Of a DNA stretch of 64,000 nucleotides, positions 63,644 to 64,000 are shown one piece after another. Origin of the DNA: Anolis carolinensis. Its lineage: Eukaryota. Both the position numbers and the translations under genes were made by a program. Under the pieces are notes generated by a model. It was given only the letters and a program-made list of their open reading frames with translations. It searched no databases and was not told the DNA's origin. The stretch spans positions 25,497,955 through 25,561,954 of the forward strand of contig NC_085843.1 in NCBI RefSeq assembly GCF_035594765.1, in the 5' to 3' direction. Each line of letters begins with the position of its first letter. The first letter of the stretch is position 1.

Positions 63644-63814
63644 CTTCAATGAGAAACCATTAGCATAACCTTGGGGACAAAATTGAGCATCGCCCCAAAT
63701 ACCCCAAGGGCCTCCATTTGGCACTGCAATGATAGAATTATAGTCTCGGGCTTCTACATCCCAGAGGCAACAGGAAAGGACCAGGAAGAGCAGAGCACTG
63801 ATAGAGAGGTCCAT
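63644..63814 (-). CDS. VMO1: VMO1-like paralog E, exon 1
   Basis: [22 protein letters not shown]...[13 protein letters not shown]...[13 protein letters not shown]; donor AAG|GTAAGT; the ORF-track start at 63823 is TTG. Confidence 0.93.
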
Positions 63815-63876
63815 TGTACCCAAACACTTTGAGTCTAAATGCAGAAACCTAACTGGAAATGCAACAGCCTTAAGAA

Positions 63877-63882
63877 TTTATA
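63877..63882 (-). promoter_or_regulatory. TATA box of paralog E
   Basis: TATAAA aligned with the D promoter; the AP-1 position reads TGAGCTA (63899-63905). Confidence 0.6.
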
Positions 63883-64000
63883 GCCCATGTATTTGAACTA
63901 GCTCACATCTGCAAACCAGGAAATTCCGTAAGGATATTGTGAAAACTAAACAGACATATCCTTAAAAGACACTGTTACTGGGAATTTGGATTGGAATTGA

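Noticed and set aside
1-64000. CRISPR arrays, operons or prokaryotic defence systems
   Set aside because: The sequence is intron-containing vertebrate DNA, and the repeats are explained by TEs and segmental duplication

Overview
Squamate reptile genomic DNA, most likely an Anolis lizard (inferred from Sauria SINEs, BovB-like RTE, CR1, L2 and Poseidon-type Penelope repeats). The only host genes found form a tandem cluster of VMO1 (vitelline membrane outer layer protein 1, beta-prism I fold) paralogs with a conserved 3-exon layout of about 171/95/295 bp. Copy A (-) shows only exon 1, with any remainder left of the window. Copies B (-, 19121-29405), C (-, 31534-35732), D (+, 49700-54276) and E (-, 59175-63814) are complete. 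An orphan duplicate of D's promoter and exon 1 (D', 42175-42351) has a dead splice donor and arose in a recent ~4-5 kb duplication whose left edge lies in a BovB-like LINE. Most of the rest is nested transposable elements: L2, CR1, RTE/BovB, a probable RTE-X, Penelope with minimal hammerhead ribozymes, three solo LTRs, hAT and Tc1/mariner MITEs, and SINEs. Highlights: exon 2 of copy C is bracketed by two sense-strand hammerhead motifs; the VMO1 ligand loops are variable and often read RGD/KGD; the promoters keep different AP-1/TATA combinations; two solo LTRs share an ORF in U3; and there are templated-insertion repair scars. All calls were made by eye; no database search was run.
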